From IMG/VR virus record IMGVR_UViG_3300032007_000002: 64,000 nt of DNA. One strand, given 5' to 3'. Positions 17,505-27,778 of this stretch are shown here, in pieces. Positions within the stretch are counted from its first letter, which is position 1, and the number at the start of each line of letters is the position of its first letter. A program made the translations under genes and the position numbers. Source of the stretch: a virus (lineage: Duplodnaviria; Heunggongvirae; Uroviricota; Caudoviricetes). The notes under the pieces are model-generated. The model ran no database searches. It was not told where the DNA came from and was given only the letters and a program-made list of their open reading frames with translations.

Positions 17505-17726
17505 CGGTCTTCTCCTTTAAGCGAAATCGTTCAGGCCGTTAAGATAATGTTCTTTCATCACCTGGAAGAACTTTTTGTCTTCGTCGGTTGACCACTCGTA
17601 TATGGCGGAAGAGGCATCAAAGATAAGCCACAGGATGGTATATATCGGCAGCCAGATTACATAATAGGATAAATCACCGAGTTTTTTAATGATTTTTTTG
17701 ATTTGCTTCATGTATTTTACCTCGTT

Positions 17727-18107
17727 TCACGTATTTGGTTCAAATAGGGTGACTGCAAGGGAGCAGTCTGCGGGCCGGACGTCGAAGCCGAGTGCCTGGT
17801 ATGCCTTCATCGTGAGGTAGAGGACGTCGATTTCGGCGAGCCTGCACCTGTGCTCGCTGCAGAACAGGTCGATGGCCATGTTCCACCAGTTGCGGTTGAT
17901 GAGGACCTTACGGTCGTCCGTGATGATGATTTTCCAGAAGAGGATGTTACCGGAGAGGTCGGCGTAGCTGTACTTGCCGGGATAAAAGCGGACGAAGTCG
18001 TTGGAGATCCATTTGCCTGCATCGGCGAGGCGTTCCTGGGTGAACTTCACGCGCTGTTCCTCGGTGGCCTTCTGGTTGGCGGGAAGATAGAAGAAGTCGC
18101 TTGTCAT
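17727..18107 (-). CDS. Hypothetical protein (126 aa)
   Basis: Operon packing, AAGGA RBS. Confidence 0.65.
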   Translation of the reverse strand: MTSDFFYLPANQKATEEQRVKFTQERLADAGKWISNDFVRFYPGKYSYADLSGNILFWKIIITDDRKVLINRNWWNMAIDLFCSEHRCRLAEIDVLYLTMKAYQALGFDVRPADCSLAVTLFEPNT

Positions 18108-18116
18108 ATCGGTTCC

Positions 18117-18377
18117 TTATTTGGCGTCCATGTACGCGAGGAAATCGGCCATCGCCCGTTCGACGTTCCCGCTCGGTGGCTCGGGCGGCTGCGGGTTGTC
18201 CAGGCTCTCGTCGATCCGTTTCTGTTCGCGGAGGTGCTGCTCGCGGAGGGTTTCGCCGCACCCGTTGTCGTACTTGGTGATCATGTATTCCCTGCCGCGG
18301 TATTCGTAGAACAGGAGGGTCGCGTAGGCGTTGCCCTTCTCCGGCGTGCTGCATAGGAATTTTGCCTTTTCGCTCAT
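18117..18377 (-). CDS. Hypothetical phage protein (86 aa)
   Basis: Operon packing. Confidence 0.65.
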   Translation of the reverse strand: MSEKAKFLCSTPEKGNAYATLLFYEYRGREYMITKYDNGCGETLREQHLREQKRIDESLDNPQPPEPPSGNVERAMADFLAYMDAK

Positions 18378-18555
18378 GTCGTTGCCTGTTATCGGTAGAG
18401 GTAGAATAGTGGTTTCATCTCGGGAGGGTGTTCCCGTGCGTATTCCTCGTTGTGCCTGCGCATCTGCATGTAGAGCAGCTTGAGGCAGTCCTGGAACGCA
18501 TCGCCGTCGTCTGGCCGGGCGGGTCCCGTCGGACCGGATGTGCCGAGCAGGTACC

Positions 18556-18861
18556 TCATGCCTTCCCCGGCGTGGCGGTGATTGTCTTGTCGTCGGAGAT
18601 GGAGAGGGAGTATGTCTTCCCCGTCCTGATGGCTTCGTAGGCGCCCGGTGCGGTCCTGAACCTGCATTCGCCGAGGTCGGGCGTCAGCTTGGTGATGCGG
18701 CCGACGAGGTTCAGCACGTTCCTGTTGGTGTTGCCGATCCATACGTACTTGACGAGGCTGCTCAGTCTCATCCCGCCGTCGGTGCGTTCCTGGGGGACGG
18801 TATTGCCTTCGGGGTCCTGCCATGCGCCTCGGGAGGCGTTCTGTTCGGTCTTCTTGGTCAT
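18556..18861 (-). CDS. Hypothetical protein (101 aa)
   Basis: Operon packing. Confidence 0.6.
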   Translation of the reverse strand: MTKKTEQNASRGAWQDPEGNTVPQERTDGGMRLSSLVKYVWIGNTNRNVLNLVGRITKLTPDLGECRFRTAPGAYEAIRTGKTYSLSISDDKTITATPGKA

Positions 18862-19095
18862 GTTGCTATCCGAAAGATACTGTGGTGGTGATGGTTACTT
18901 TCATCGCGGTGAGACGGTCGTCGCCGAAGTCATTCTTCAGGCGGTCCGCCGTGCGCTGCGCGGCCTCCATGTCGGGATGCCCCATTGCCCATTCCGGGTC
19001 GGTGCAGAAGACGATGTGCCTCCTGTCCGCGTAGGACCAGTTCTGGACTGCCTTTCCCGTCCTGGTGTTGACGACGATGAACTTGGTGCGGGTGC

Positions 19096-19344
19096 TCATA
19101 CTTTCTCGAACGAGAGGTTGACGATTTTTTCGGCGAATTTCGCGATGGGGTTCTTGATGTCCTCGCCCTTCTTCGCCTTCGGTGCGAGCGGGCACTCGTA
19201 GAGGACGGTGGTGACGACGGCGAAGGCGTATGCGACATAGACGAGGGCGAATGCGGCGAGGAAGCAGACGCCGGAGGCGATCACGAACGGGAGGGAGACG
19301 ATTGATACGGCGAGGCCGTGGATGTATTTCAGGACGTGTTTCAT
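19096..19344 (-). CDS. Small membrane protein (82 aa)
   Basis: ATG 7 nt after TATATT; long hydrophobic stretch. Confidence 0.65.
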   Translation of the reverse strand: MKHVLKYIHGLAVSIVSLPFVIASGVCFLAAFALVYVAYAFAVVTTVLYECPLAPKAKKGEDIKNPIAKFAEKIVNLSFEKV

Positions 19345-19366
19345 GCAGGGAAATATAGCAAAAAGG

Positions 19367-19810
19367 TCACCCCGTGAGTGACTGGGCGACCTTGCGTATT
19401 GACGAGAACGAGATGCCGAGGGCACGGGAAGTCCCCCTGATGCCGAGTTCCGGGAGCATCTGGACTATGCGGTCCATGTTCCGGGCGACAAGTTCCTTCT
19501 GCGGGACCTTCTCCTTTCGGGCCCGGTTGAAGTGGATGCCGAGCCGGTGGGCCTTCCCGTAGGCGGCTTTCAGCGTCCTGCCTCCGGGTATGGTCCGGTC
19601 ATGGAGGGCGCGGATGTCGTCCGGTTCCCATGACGAGACCTTCGGCGAGACTTCGGGGGGTTCGGAAGGCTTCGCGTCCGGGTCGAACGGCCGGAACGGG
19701 ATGCCCAGCTCGGATGCCTTGACGCGGGCCGCGTTAAGGGAACGTCCGGGCGGGACCTCGTGCCTTGCCAGTGCGGCGATTTCCTCGCCTGTCCAAGTCT
19801 TCTTGAACAT
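19367..19810 (-). CDS. Putative DNA-binding protein with two Myb/SANT-like repeats and a C-terminal HTH (147 aa)
   Basis: Repeats WTGEEIAAL..GRSLNAARVKASELGI and WEPDDIRAL..GRTLKAAYGKAHRLGI; C-terminal GIRGTSRALGISFSSIRK. Confidence 0.6.
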   Translation of the reverse strand: MFKKTWTGEEIAALARHEVPPGRSLNAARVKASELGIPFRPFDPDAKPSEPPEVSPKVSSWEPDDIRALHDRTIPGGRTLKAAYGKAHRLGIHFNRARKEKVPQKELVARNMDRIVQMLPELGIRGTSRALGISFSSIRKVAQSLTG

Positions 19811-21105
19811 CAGCCCTTCGGGTCCTTGAGCTCGGTGGAGTTCCAGGTGGTGAAGAAATTTGCACTGGGGTGTTTCTTCACGAGGTTCGCTGCGGTGCGG
19901 TCGATTGCCTCGTCGATGCTCTTTGCGTTGGAACAGTCTTCGAGGCCGTGGTCCTTCTGCAGCTGCCACAGTATCATGCCGGCGCATGTCTGGTACATGT
20001 CGCGGCCTTTACCGTTGATGACTTTCTCGAAGCCGAAACCGCAGGTCTTGATTGCCATGTGATCGCCCTCCGACAGCATGCCGTGCAACGTCCTGTTCCA
20101 CGGCGTGACTATCGGTGCCCCGTGCAGGACTCCGTTTATGTCCATGTCACCCGCGCAGACGACGGTAAGTTTGCCTTCGATCTTGCCGGCCAGCTCATGG
20201 TCCAGGTAGTTCGTCATCCTGAGCATTTCGGACGGGGACAGATTCACCGCGATAATCAGGTAGGCGTGGCCGATAGTGAGGCGACTGCGGGTATAGTCGT
20301 TTCTCACGTCCCACAGGATGTTGAAGCGCGGGAGGCCGTCGGTGTACCTGGCGTTTATGCGTTTTTCCAGGATCTCTGGCATGTTCGGCCAAGGTTCCGG
20401 TTCTCTGACGTCGGGATTTTGTTTGGCGGGGTCGCGCTTCATGGTCACTTCGGGCTTGCTGTCCAGGGCCTTAATCCTTTCCGGTTCCGTTTCGACCGTG
20501 GTAAATCCTTCCTGCTTCGGCTGTTCGCGGGGGCACACGATGGTGGGCGGTTCCTTCTTTTCAGGCGCCACTACGGGTTCAGCGTCTACGCGCGGGCAGG
20601 TGATTGTGGGCGGTTCCGCGGGGGCGGGCATGGACGGAATATCTGCTTCCTGCGGACGCTTGACTTCGGACTTCTTGCGTTCGCTTTCTTCCTTCTTGCG
20701 TTCGCGCTCGTAATGGGCTTTGGACGAGGTCCACTTGTCCAGAATCATCGGGAAATGCTCGATGAGTTCCTTCACCTCGTTCTCGAAGTGGAACGGGCTG
20801 TCCACCGGTTCCATCTGGTGCGCGAAGATGCCGGTCTTCGGGGGCAGTATGACGGGGATGCCGGGGTCGATCCTGGAGAGGAGCAGACCGCTACCGGGGC
20901 CGAGGTTGGTCAAGTGGACCATGCCTACGCAGCCGCATACGGGGGAGAAAAGGCGGATGCCGGTGTCGGCATATATCTTGTGCGCTTTCCTGTCGTGGTA
21001 AACCCAGGTATCGAGGGAGTAGTTGAGATTGAGGCGCTGGACAACGCCGAGGATGCCCTTCTGTTCGAGGACGCCTTCCAGGTCCGGTGTAGAGATTGAT
21101 GCCAT
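19810..21105 (-). CDS. Hypothetical protein with Pro/Glu-rich linker (431 aa)
   Basis: AAGGAG RBS; TGATG overlap with the next gene. Confidence 0.75.
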   Translation of the reverse strand: MASISTPDLEGVLEQKGILGVVQRLNLNYSLDTWVYHDRKAHKIYADTGIRLFSPVCGCVGMVHLTNLGPGSGLLLSRIDPGIPVILPPKTGIFAHQMEPVDSPFHFENEVKELIEHFPMILDKWTSSKAHYERERKKEESERKKSEVKRPQEADIPSMPAPAEPPTITCPRVDAEPVVAPEKKEPPTIVCPREQPKQEGFTTVETEPERIKALDSKPEVTMKRDPAKQNPDVREPEPWPNMPEILEKRINARYTDGLPRFNILWDVRNDYTRSRLTIGHAYLIIAVNLSPSEMLRMTNYLDHELAGKIEGKLTVVCAGDMDINGVLHGAPIVTPWNRTLHGMLSEGDHMAIKTCGFGFEKVINGKGRDMYQTCAGMILWQLQKDHGLEDCSNAKSIDEAIDRTAANLVKKHPSANFFTTWNSTELKDPKG

Positions 21106-21107
21106 GG

Positions 21108-21983
21108 TTACTCCTTTACGTTGACGAATTCCAGCCAGTCGGTTTCCTGCGGCTTGCCTTCGATGAAATTGGTGATCCATTCGATGTTCTTTTCTTCGAT
21201 CCTGATGCTTTCGCGGGAACGCTCGATGGAGTCGGCGAGGTCTTCCATGTCCCAGCCGTCAAAGGAGTTGTCGAACAGGGTCTCGATGAACTTGTCGATT
21301 GCCTCGTAGTCGAACTCTTCGAGAGACTGGCTGTACAGCGAGAGGATGCACTGGCATCCGGCGAACTTGCCTTCAGGTCCGCGGAACCTGACGTTGACGG
21401 TGTAGTGGAACTTCTTGTCAAAATCGCAGAACAACAGGAAGTTGGTAATTTCCGCACAGGCGAATGCTTCCTTGGCGAAACGTCCGATGCCCGGGACGGT
21501 TTCCGGGATTTCGGTAAACGGTTCCCTGATGCGGTCGTCCGCGTTCCAGGCCCGTTCGGATTCCTTCACTTTGAACGGTATGGAGAGGAAATACTTCCCG
21601 CCGATGCGGCGCCTGTAGTTGTTTGCCTGGGAACGCAGAGCGTCGCCTTCGTAGTCCGGCTCCGGTTCCGGTGCAGCTTCCGGCTCAGGTTCAGTTTCCG
21701 GTTCCGGCTGGGTTTCGGGAATGTGCCTGCGCGGGTAGGAGATGTAGGCCAGTGTGGCCGCGCACGCGCAGAGAACCATGTCAAGGATGGCCGCGCCGGC
21801 GTTTCCGTCCAATACGTCGCAGCAGAATATGTAGAACATTTCCACGATGCCGAGCAAGGCGAACTTGTAGCCGAGGATGTTCTTGCGGCAGTATGCCACG
21901 GCGACTGTCACGAAGCAGAAATAGAGGATGATTGCGGTGATGTAGAGGCCGTCAACGATACCTTGAATTTCGATGTGTCCCAT
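21108..21983 (-). CDS. Membrane-anchored protein, tandem paralog A (291 aa)
   Basis: Three N-terminal TM segments, PE-repeat linker, soluble domain alignable to 21983-22849. Confidence 0.75.
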   Translation of the reverse strand: MGHIEIQGIVDGLYITAIILYFCFVTVAVAYCRKNILGYKFALLGIVEMFYIFCCDVLDGNAGAAILDMVLCACAATLAYISYPRRHIPETQPEPETEPEPEAAPEPEPDYEGDALRSQANNYRRRIGGKYFLSIPFKVKESERAWNADDRIREPFTEIPETVPGIGRFAKEAFACAEITNFLLFCDFDKKFHYTVNVRFRGPEGKFAGCQCILSLYSQSLEEFDYEAIDKFIETLFDNSFDGWDMEDLADSIERSRESIRIEEKNIEWITNFIEGKPQETDWLEFVNVKE

Positions 21984-22849
21984 TAGTTTGCCCCGTTAAA
22001 GTTGGTGAACGTTTCCCAGTCCTGCACAGGATAGTTGCCGGAGAGGAGGATGCGGTTCCACTCGATGCACTTCTGCGCGGCGACGATGCTCTTTTCGTCG
22101 CGGGCGATTTCCTTTTCGAGGAGTTCCGTGTCGAAACCGCCGAACGCGTTGTCGAAGAACGCGGAGATGAAGAAGTCGATGCCCACCGTGTCGAACTCCC
22201 CGAGGTTGGTTTCGCACAGGCGGAGGATCGGGCGGTTTTCGAGGTATTTGCCGTTCTTGCCGAAGTAGGTGGCGGACACGGTAATGAAGAACTTGCGCAG
22301 GTATTCCTGGTAGAAGACGGTAACGCCGATTATTGCGCTCTCGAACGGGCGGGTCGCGAACATGCCGATGTTGGGTGCGCCCTGGAAGTTATTCACGTAT
22401 GGATGGGTAAGGTGTTCCGTGGCGTTTTCGTAGCGGGCCCCGTCGAGGACCTTGAACGGGGTGTCCAGGTAATATCGCTCGCACACCAGACGGCGGTGCT
22501 GGCCGAAAGCGAAACTTGCCGCGGATTCGATCTTGCGCTTGAGGACTTCAGGCGGTTCTGCGTTCTTCTCGGCGCGGGCGGTTTCGCGGTTGGCCCTGTA
22601 CATGGCGAACGGGATGCGGCAGAACGCGATGGACACGATAATCAGGATAATGTCCGGCATGAACGCGTTGCGGTTGCCGACGACGAGGTCATAGACCAGT
22701 ACGCCTGCTGCAGCAAGGACGGCGATGTACGCTGACCAGAAGCATGCCGCGCTGCGGTTGTGGTTCACTGCGGACACCAGCATGGCGAGGAGGATGATTG
22801 CAAAGCAGGATGTCTGGATGATTTGCGGGAATTGGAGTGCGTTTTCCAT
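21983..22849 (-). CDS. Membrane-anchored protein, tandem paralog B (288 aa)
   Basis: Shares motifs such as PFKV, IGxFA and EFD..IDxFI..xFDNxFxG with the neighbour. Confidence 0.75.
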   Translation of the reverse strand: MENALQFPQIIQTSCFAIILLAMLVSAVNHNRSAACFWSAYIAVLAAAGVLVYDLVVGNRNAFMPDIILIIVSIAFCRIPFAMYRANRETARAEKNAEPPEVLKRKIESAASFAFGQHRRLVCERYYLDTPFKVLDGARYENATEHLTHPYVNNFQGAPNIGMFATRPFESAIIGVTVFYQEYLRKFFITVSATYFGKNGKYLENRPILRLCETNLGEFDTVGIDFFISAFFDNAFGGFDTELLEKEIARDEKSIVAAQKCIEWNRILLSGNYPVQDWETFTNFNGAN

Positions 22850-23104
22850 TGTACGTTACCTTACTTGTTGGTGATGATTGCCTGCGGGTCGCAGTTGATG
22901 AGGAGCTTGATGGTCATGGCCCGCTTGCCCCAGTATTTGCGGGAGCGGTTCCAGAACTGTTCCCTGCGGATATACTTTCCTGCGTGCTGGCAGTCTACGC
23001 GGTCGGCGCGGAGCTTGTTGAGCTCTGCGCGGTCCTTGGCGAAAAGCTGGCGGAGCCGGGCGGTGGAGTATTCATGGTGGAGGTCTGCTGTCATGCTCAT
23101 GGTG

Positions 23105-23608
23105 TCATTCCTTGTCTAGGGTTTCGTCGATGACAATGCGTGTCATTTCCTTGTGTGTCATTTCCTTGTCCGCATCTTCATTGACAATGAGGCGCACTAT
23201 ACGGAACCAGATCCAGCCGGCAATCTTGAATATGTATGTCAGCAAGGACCCCACCATCACGATTGCTGCCATGATGACGATTGAACCGTTTAGCGAGCTC
23301 GCCATGAAATATAGCAAAGTATTTGCACAGAGGACCGTCTCCGGGTACTCGCGGTCGTATTCTTCGAACGGATCGCCGTTCCAGATAAAATAGAGCAGCA
23401 TCGAGACGAACTCGAGAATGAGAGCGACCCAGATGTAAGTGTTCGCGAAGGACACGTCGGCGAGCTTGAAATATACGCCGAACGCGGTAGCCGCGATTAG
23501 GCTGACACTTACCGGGAGTCCAATCCAGGTCCCCGACTTGCAGCGGTACGGCGTGGCAGCCTGGGAATTTTCAAGGTATTTGATTAGCGGTTCGAGAACT
23601 CGTCTCAT
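23105..23608 (-). CDS. Multi-pass membrane protein (167 aa)
   Basis: Four hydrophobic segments. Confidence 0.65.
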   Translation of the reverse strand: MRRVLEPLIKYLENSQAATPYRCKSGTWIGLPVSVSLIAATAFGVYFKLADVSFANTYIWVALILEFVSMLLYFIWNGDPFEEYDREYPETVLCANTLLYFMASSLNGSIVIMAAIVMVGSLLTYIFKIAGWIWFRIVRLIVNEDADKEMTHKEMTRIVIDETLDKE

Positions 23609-24120
23609 TTTGCGTCCTTTGGTTTTCCCGCGATGTAGCTGTCCACGAGCTTCTTGAACGCGGCGTCGTTGCCGGTGTCGCTGAGCCACATCGTGCGGTA
23701 GTTGAACTGGTGGAGCCACTGGTGGGAGCGGTCCGTGTAGAAGGTCATGTTATGGAGGTCCATAGTCCCGAACTCCGTGCCGTCATAGTGGACATGCACG
23801 GTGGAGAACGTAATCGCCCCGGGGTTGTCGTATGTGAACGTGCACCCCTTCTCTTTCAGGTAGTCGAACGCCTCGGAGAATGTCATTCTTCGTCGTCCTC
23901 CAGGTAGCCGAAACCGCCGCGCCTGTTCCTGTCGTCGACGAACGCGGCGTAGGACTTGAAGCCCTGCTTGCGGGCCCACTCGTCCCTGGCATTGTCTGAT
24001 GCCGGTATCTGCTGTTGTTGTGACTCCCTGTACCTGCGGCGCATCTCCGCGCGGAGCACTCTTCTAGTTCTTGACATGTTTCGCCTCCTGTGGTGAACCA
24101 TGCCTGAAATATAGCAAAAG

Positions 24121-26001
24121 TCACTTATGCGATACGAAATTGACGGAAGGCGCCAGGACGCGTTCGTCCTTCAGCGGCTTCCCGTCAAGGAGGTCGGCGA
24201 AGCGCTTCTTGTAGTTGCTGACGAACGCAGGAAAATCGCGCGTTACCCGTTCCATCGTCCGGGTCGCACAGTCCAATACCGACTTGGCCTTGACGACGAC
24301 GATTTCGTTGGCCTTGACGATGCTTTCGGCGGTGACGCCCTTCGCCTGGTCGCGGAATATGCACACCTTGATGGTCGCAGCCGGCAGGACCGTGGTTTTC
24401 CACGCGTCGGACATGATTGCGTGACCCGAGATGATGATGCACGGCGTGTAGTATGCCTTGCGCTTGATCGAGTCCATCATGATGCCGCACAGGTCGAGGG
24501 TGTCGTGGTCGCAATACATGACGCGGTCAACCTTCATGACATAGTCGTGGTCCTTGCACTGGATGGCCTTGCCGCCAATCATGCCGTAAAGGTCGGACGC
24601 AATCTTTGCGAGGTCTGCCTCGGTAAGCACGGATGCCGGCGTTTCACGGAACTGGAAACGGAGCGACTTCATCGCGCGTGCATACCGCGGGTCGTCTGAC
24701 ATGCGTTCTCCCCCGTATTCGCGCTGGATGCGGTCGTATTCCTTCGCGTAGCGTATGTCGCGGTCGTCCTTCGCCCACTTGTCCGCCCAGAACTCGTCGT
24801 CCGGGCGGTAGTTGTCTCTCGTGTGGCCCGGATGTGCAGGCATCGCGCCCATGCGGTTCCACTTTTCGAACGCGTCGGTAAAGCTCTTGAAAGCCTTCCC
24901 GATCAGCGGGAGCGGCTTCCATGCGGAAACCTGCTTGAGGATGGCCTTGTAGCACTTCATGGGCGCCGCGGCGAACTCCCCGTCGAAATCGTACAGGTCG
25001 TTCACGCATGTGCGTTCCGGGCTGTCGTAGGGGATCCAGAGGTCCAGGGGGATGTACTCGGTCGTGTTGCGGACTTCGTAGGACATGCACATGCCGGTGC
25101 CGCTCAGGACCGTCTTGGACACCTTGACGACCTTCATGCTGTCCGGCGGTGCCTCGCGGGTCGTCATCCTCGGCTGGATGCCGAACATGTTGTATGCGCG
25201 GTCATGTCGCTTGCGGAACCACCATACAGCCGGATCGCCAATCTTGTCCTTGCACTCGCCTACGGTGGTGAGCTCGACGTTCTCGATGCGCGTGAGGTTT
25301 ATGAAGAAATCGGGGAACGTGGTCCAGAAGCGCTCGATGACGATGCGCCCGGCCTGCCGTTTGAGAATGTCCTTCAGCTGTTCCTTCGGCTTCTTTGCGT
25401 CGCGGAGCTTCTTGTATTGCTTATATTCTTCCGGGAGCATGTACCAGGGCTGGTCATCGGCAAGCTCTTCCGGGAGATTGTGATAGCCGTGATGCAGCTG
25501 GACGTCCTCTTCCCCCTGCACCGGATATGGCCACTCCAGGTGGTGCGTGTCCATCGTGTCAGTCTTGGGGACGCTCTTGAACTTGGCGTCATGGACCATG
25601 CCGATGAACTGCTTGACCGTCTTCCCGGCGAACGATTCTGTCTTTTCGCCGATGAGGACGGAGTGTTTCCAGTCGATTGCGAAATACGAACAGAGCGTAT
25701 TCCAGAAGTTGGACTTGTAGACGATGCCCGTGTGCAGGTTGCTTGCGAGGATTTTCTTGTCCGTGTTCTTCGGGATATACTGGACCAGCCCGTAAAACTC
25801 GTTATAGACGTTGTTGTAGTGCCACACCTTGGCGCACAGCGCCTGGATCAGCATCGCGATGGGGAGTTCCTCCACGCGGCGCTTGAGCAGCTGCGCCTCG
25901 AACTCCTTCTGCTGGAAGTCGTTCACGTAGTTGAGACACTGAGAAAGCCCGTGCGGGACGGGCTTGCGTTCTAGGACTGTCGTGTAGTATTTATTCTTCA
26001 T
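24121..26001 (-). CDS. Large hypothetical protein (626 aa)
   Basis: Long ORF; ATG 6 nt after a TAAATT promoter variant. Confidence 0.8.
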   Translation of the reverse strand: MKNKYYTTVLERKPVPHGLSQCLNYVNDFQQKEFEAQLLKRRVEELPIAMLIQALCAKVWHYNNVYNEFYGLVQYIPKNTDKKILASNLHTGIVYKSNFWNTLCSYFAIDWKHSVLIGEKTESFAGKTVKQFIGMVHDAKFKSVPKTDTMDTHHLEWPYPVQGEEDVQLHHGYHNLPEELADDQPWYMLPEEYKQYKKLRDAKKPKEQLKDILKRQAGRIVIERFWTTFPDFFINLTRIENVELTTVGECKDKIGDPAVWWFRKRHDRAYNMFGIQPRMTTREAPPDSMKVVKVSKTVLSGTGMCMSYEVRNTTEYIPLDLWIPYDSPERTCVNDLYDFDGEFAAAPMKCYKAILKQVSAWKPLPLIGKAFKSFTDAFEKWNRMGAMPAHPGHTRDNYRPDDEFWADKWAKDDRDIRYAKEYDRIQREYGGERMSDDPRYARAMKSLRFQFRETPASVLTEADLAKIASDLYGMIGGKAIQCKDHDYVMKVDRVMYCDHDTLDLCGIMMDSIKRKAYYTPCIIISGHAIMSDAWKTTVLPAATIKVCIFRDQAKGVTAESIVKANEIVVVKAKSVLDCATRTMERVTRDFPAFVSNYKKRFADLLDGKPLKDERVLAPSVNFVSHK

Positions 26002-26019
26002 GACTGAAATTTAGCAAAT

Positions 26020-26529
26020 TTATGGAGTGGAGAACCTGAACGTTTCCACGACGTCGCGCTCGATGATGCGGAAGTTCTCCGCGGGGACCTTGCGCTCGGC
26101 GTAGCGTTCGACATACCGATCGCGGAGTTCGTCCGCGTCCTTGCGGTCCTTGAACCAGCGCTGCGCCTCCCCGGCGTAGCATCCGCCGAAGTGCGGGAGG
26201 ACCTTCTTGGTCACCATGTCGAACACGGCGTATTCGTGGCGGCTCGTGTCGGGCATCGGGCGTTCCGTACTCTCGGTATTGATCCATCCCGCCGCGTCCT
26301 TAATCGGGGAGACATACGGGATGAAACTGACGCCGGAAACCGGGAGGTCCCTGTCGGCGATTTCGATGAGGTAGAAGTGCTCGTCGTAGCTTCCGCCAAT
26401 CCATGCGGGAAGCGGGACTGCGAAGCGCTCGCCCTTCTTGATGTCGTTTTTCTGGTAAATCTTGAGGCCGACGATCTTGTCCGCCCCGACCATGCGCTGT
26501 CTGATTTTGACTATTTCTTCGCTTGGCAT
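26020..26529 (-). CDS. Hypothetical protein (169 aa)
   Basis: Operon packing, AAGGAG RBS. Confidence 0.7.
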   Translation of the reverse strand: MPSEEIVKIRQRMVGADKIVGLKIYQKNDIKKGERFAVPLPAWIGGSYDEHFYLIEIADRDLPVSGVSFIPYVSPIKDAAGWINTESTERPMPDTSRHEYAVFDMVTKKVLPHFGGCYAGEAQRWFKDRKDADELRDRYVERYAERKVPAENFRIIERDVVETFRFSTP

Positions 26530-26897
26530 GTGCCGTTCTCCTTTACAAAGGTTTCCATCGTGGTCTTTTCCTGCTTGATGTCAACGTGGATGAAGTGTTC
26601 TCCGGGCTGGACATGGTTCAGTGCCGCGCGGATTGCCGTCCTGAGATCGCCGACGGTGAGATGGCCGGCGGGCATGCCGTTAGTTTTCGTATCCACTATA
26701 AGGCGGTCTTCCCTGTACATCGCTTCAAACATGATGTATATTTCGAATAGTTCCCCGTCATCCAGCTTGATGAACATTTCGCTCTTTCCGCGGCCCCACC
26801 CGATAGGCGGTTCCAGCGGTGCGCTGGGGAAAAATTCCGCAATCACGCCAAGCGCGATGGTCAGGGACAATCTTTCATTGTCGGGATAAAAAGCCAT
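26511..26897 (-). CDS. Hypothetical protein (128 aa)
   Basis: GGAGG RBS. Confidence 0.65.
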   Translation of the reverse strand: MAFYPDNERLSLTIALGVIAEFFPSAPLEPPIGWGRGKSEMFIKLDDGELFEIYIMFEAMYREDRLIVDTKTNGMPAGHLTVGDLRTAIRAALNHVQPGEHFIHVDIKQEKTTMETFVKENGTCQAKK

Positions 26898-26908
26898 GAT
26901 TCCTCCAA

Positions 26909-27778
26909 TTATATACTGTAACCGAGACCGTCACGCAGCTTTGCGCGGCCTTCCTCGTCGGCTTCCGTCCAGAGTTTCAGGAACTGTTCGACTGTTTTGT
27001 TTCTCGGGTTGCCTGCAAAATCGTCGGGAACCTTCCCCATGTAGAGGAAATCCCTGTGGTCCGGCCCGTCTCCGAGATTGGAAGTGAGGTAATAGCCGCA
27101 GTAGTACCTGTCGTTTATGCCAAACTTCGGTTCGAGCCAGGTCCGGTCATCCAGGATGATCCGTTCAATGTGTGCCCATGTAATAGTTCTGCCCCACGAA
27201 TTTCCCTGGCTTTCGCCTTTGTAGTGCGGAAGGCCGTTTTCCCTGAACTCGCTAATCTTGGCGAAACCGTCCGGGCGAGGGAACATGTCCTTGTGCCTGA
27301 TGTATTCCGTCGGCTTCTCCGGCAACAGCATTGCGAACGTGTTCGCGTTCTTGACATAGACGCCAAATTCCGGGTAGAAATCGTCATACCAGTGCCCGGC
27401 CCAGATGCTGAACAGGCCCACGTTGTCGAACCACCGGTCTTCCCACACCTTTCCGTCCTTGATTATGCCGAAGGCGCCGGCATCGTTGATGACGAGGTCG
27501 AGATACAGGTTGCGCTGGTGGTAAAAACTCACGCTCATCGTGTGGGTGTGTTCATCGGTAAACCGTTCCCGGATTGTCCGGCTGTGTGTCCACAGGCGCC
27601 GGACCTTGACCACGCCAGGCAGGGCCTTGTACTTCGTGAACAGCTCGAAATCCTTACGGAGTTCCTTGTGGACAAAATCCAGGAACGACTTGGGGTTGTT
27701 CCCGTCGGCAAGGAACCTGGTCATTTCGGGACGCAGGTCCGGCCGGAAACTTTCGATGAATTCTTCGTATTCGCTCAT
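26909..27778 (-). CDS. Hypothetical protein (289 aa)
   Basis: Start MSEYEE overlaps the upstream stop. Confidence 0.7.
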   Translation of the reverse strand: MSEYEEFIESFRPDLRPEMTRFLADGNNPKSFLDFVHKELRKDFELFTKYKALPGVVKVRRLWTHSRTIRERFTDEHTHTMSVSFYHQRNLYLDLVINDAGAFGIIKDGKVWEDRWFDNVGLFSIWAGHWYDDFYPEFGVYVKNANTFAMLLPEKPTEYIRHKDMFPRPDGFAKISEFRENGLPHYKGESQGNSWGRTITWAHIERIILDDRTWLEPKFGINDRYYCGYYLTSNLGDGPDHRDFLYMGKVPDDFAGNPRNKTVEQFLKLWTEADEEGRAKLRDGLGYSI

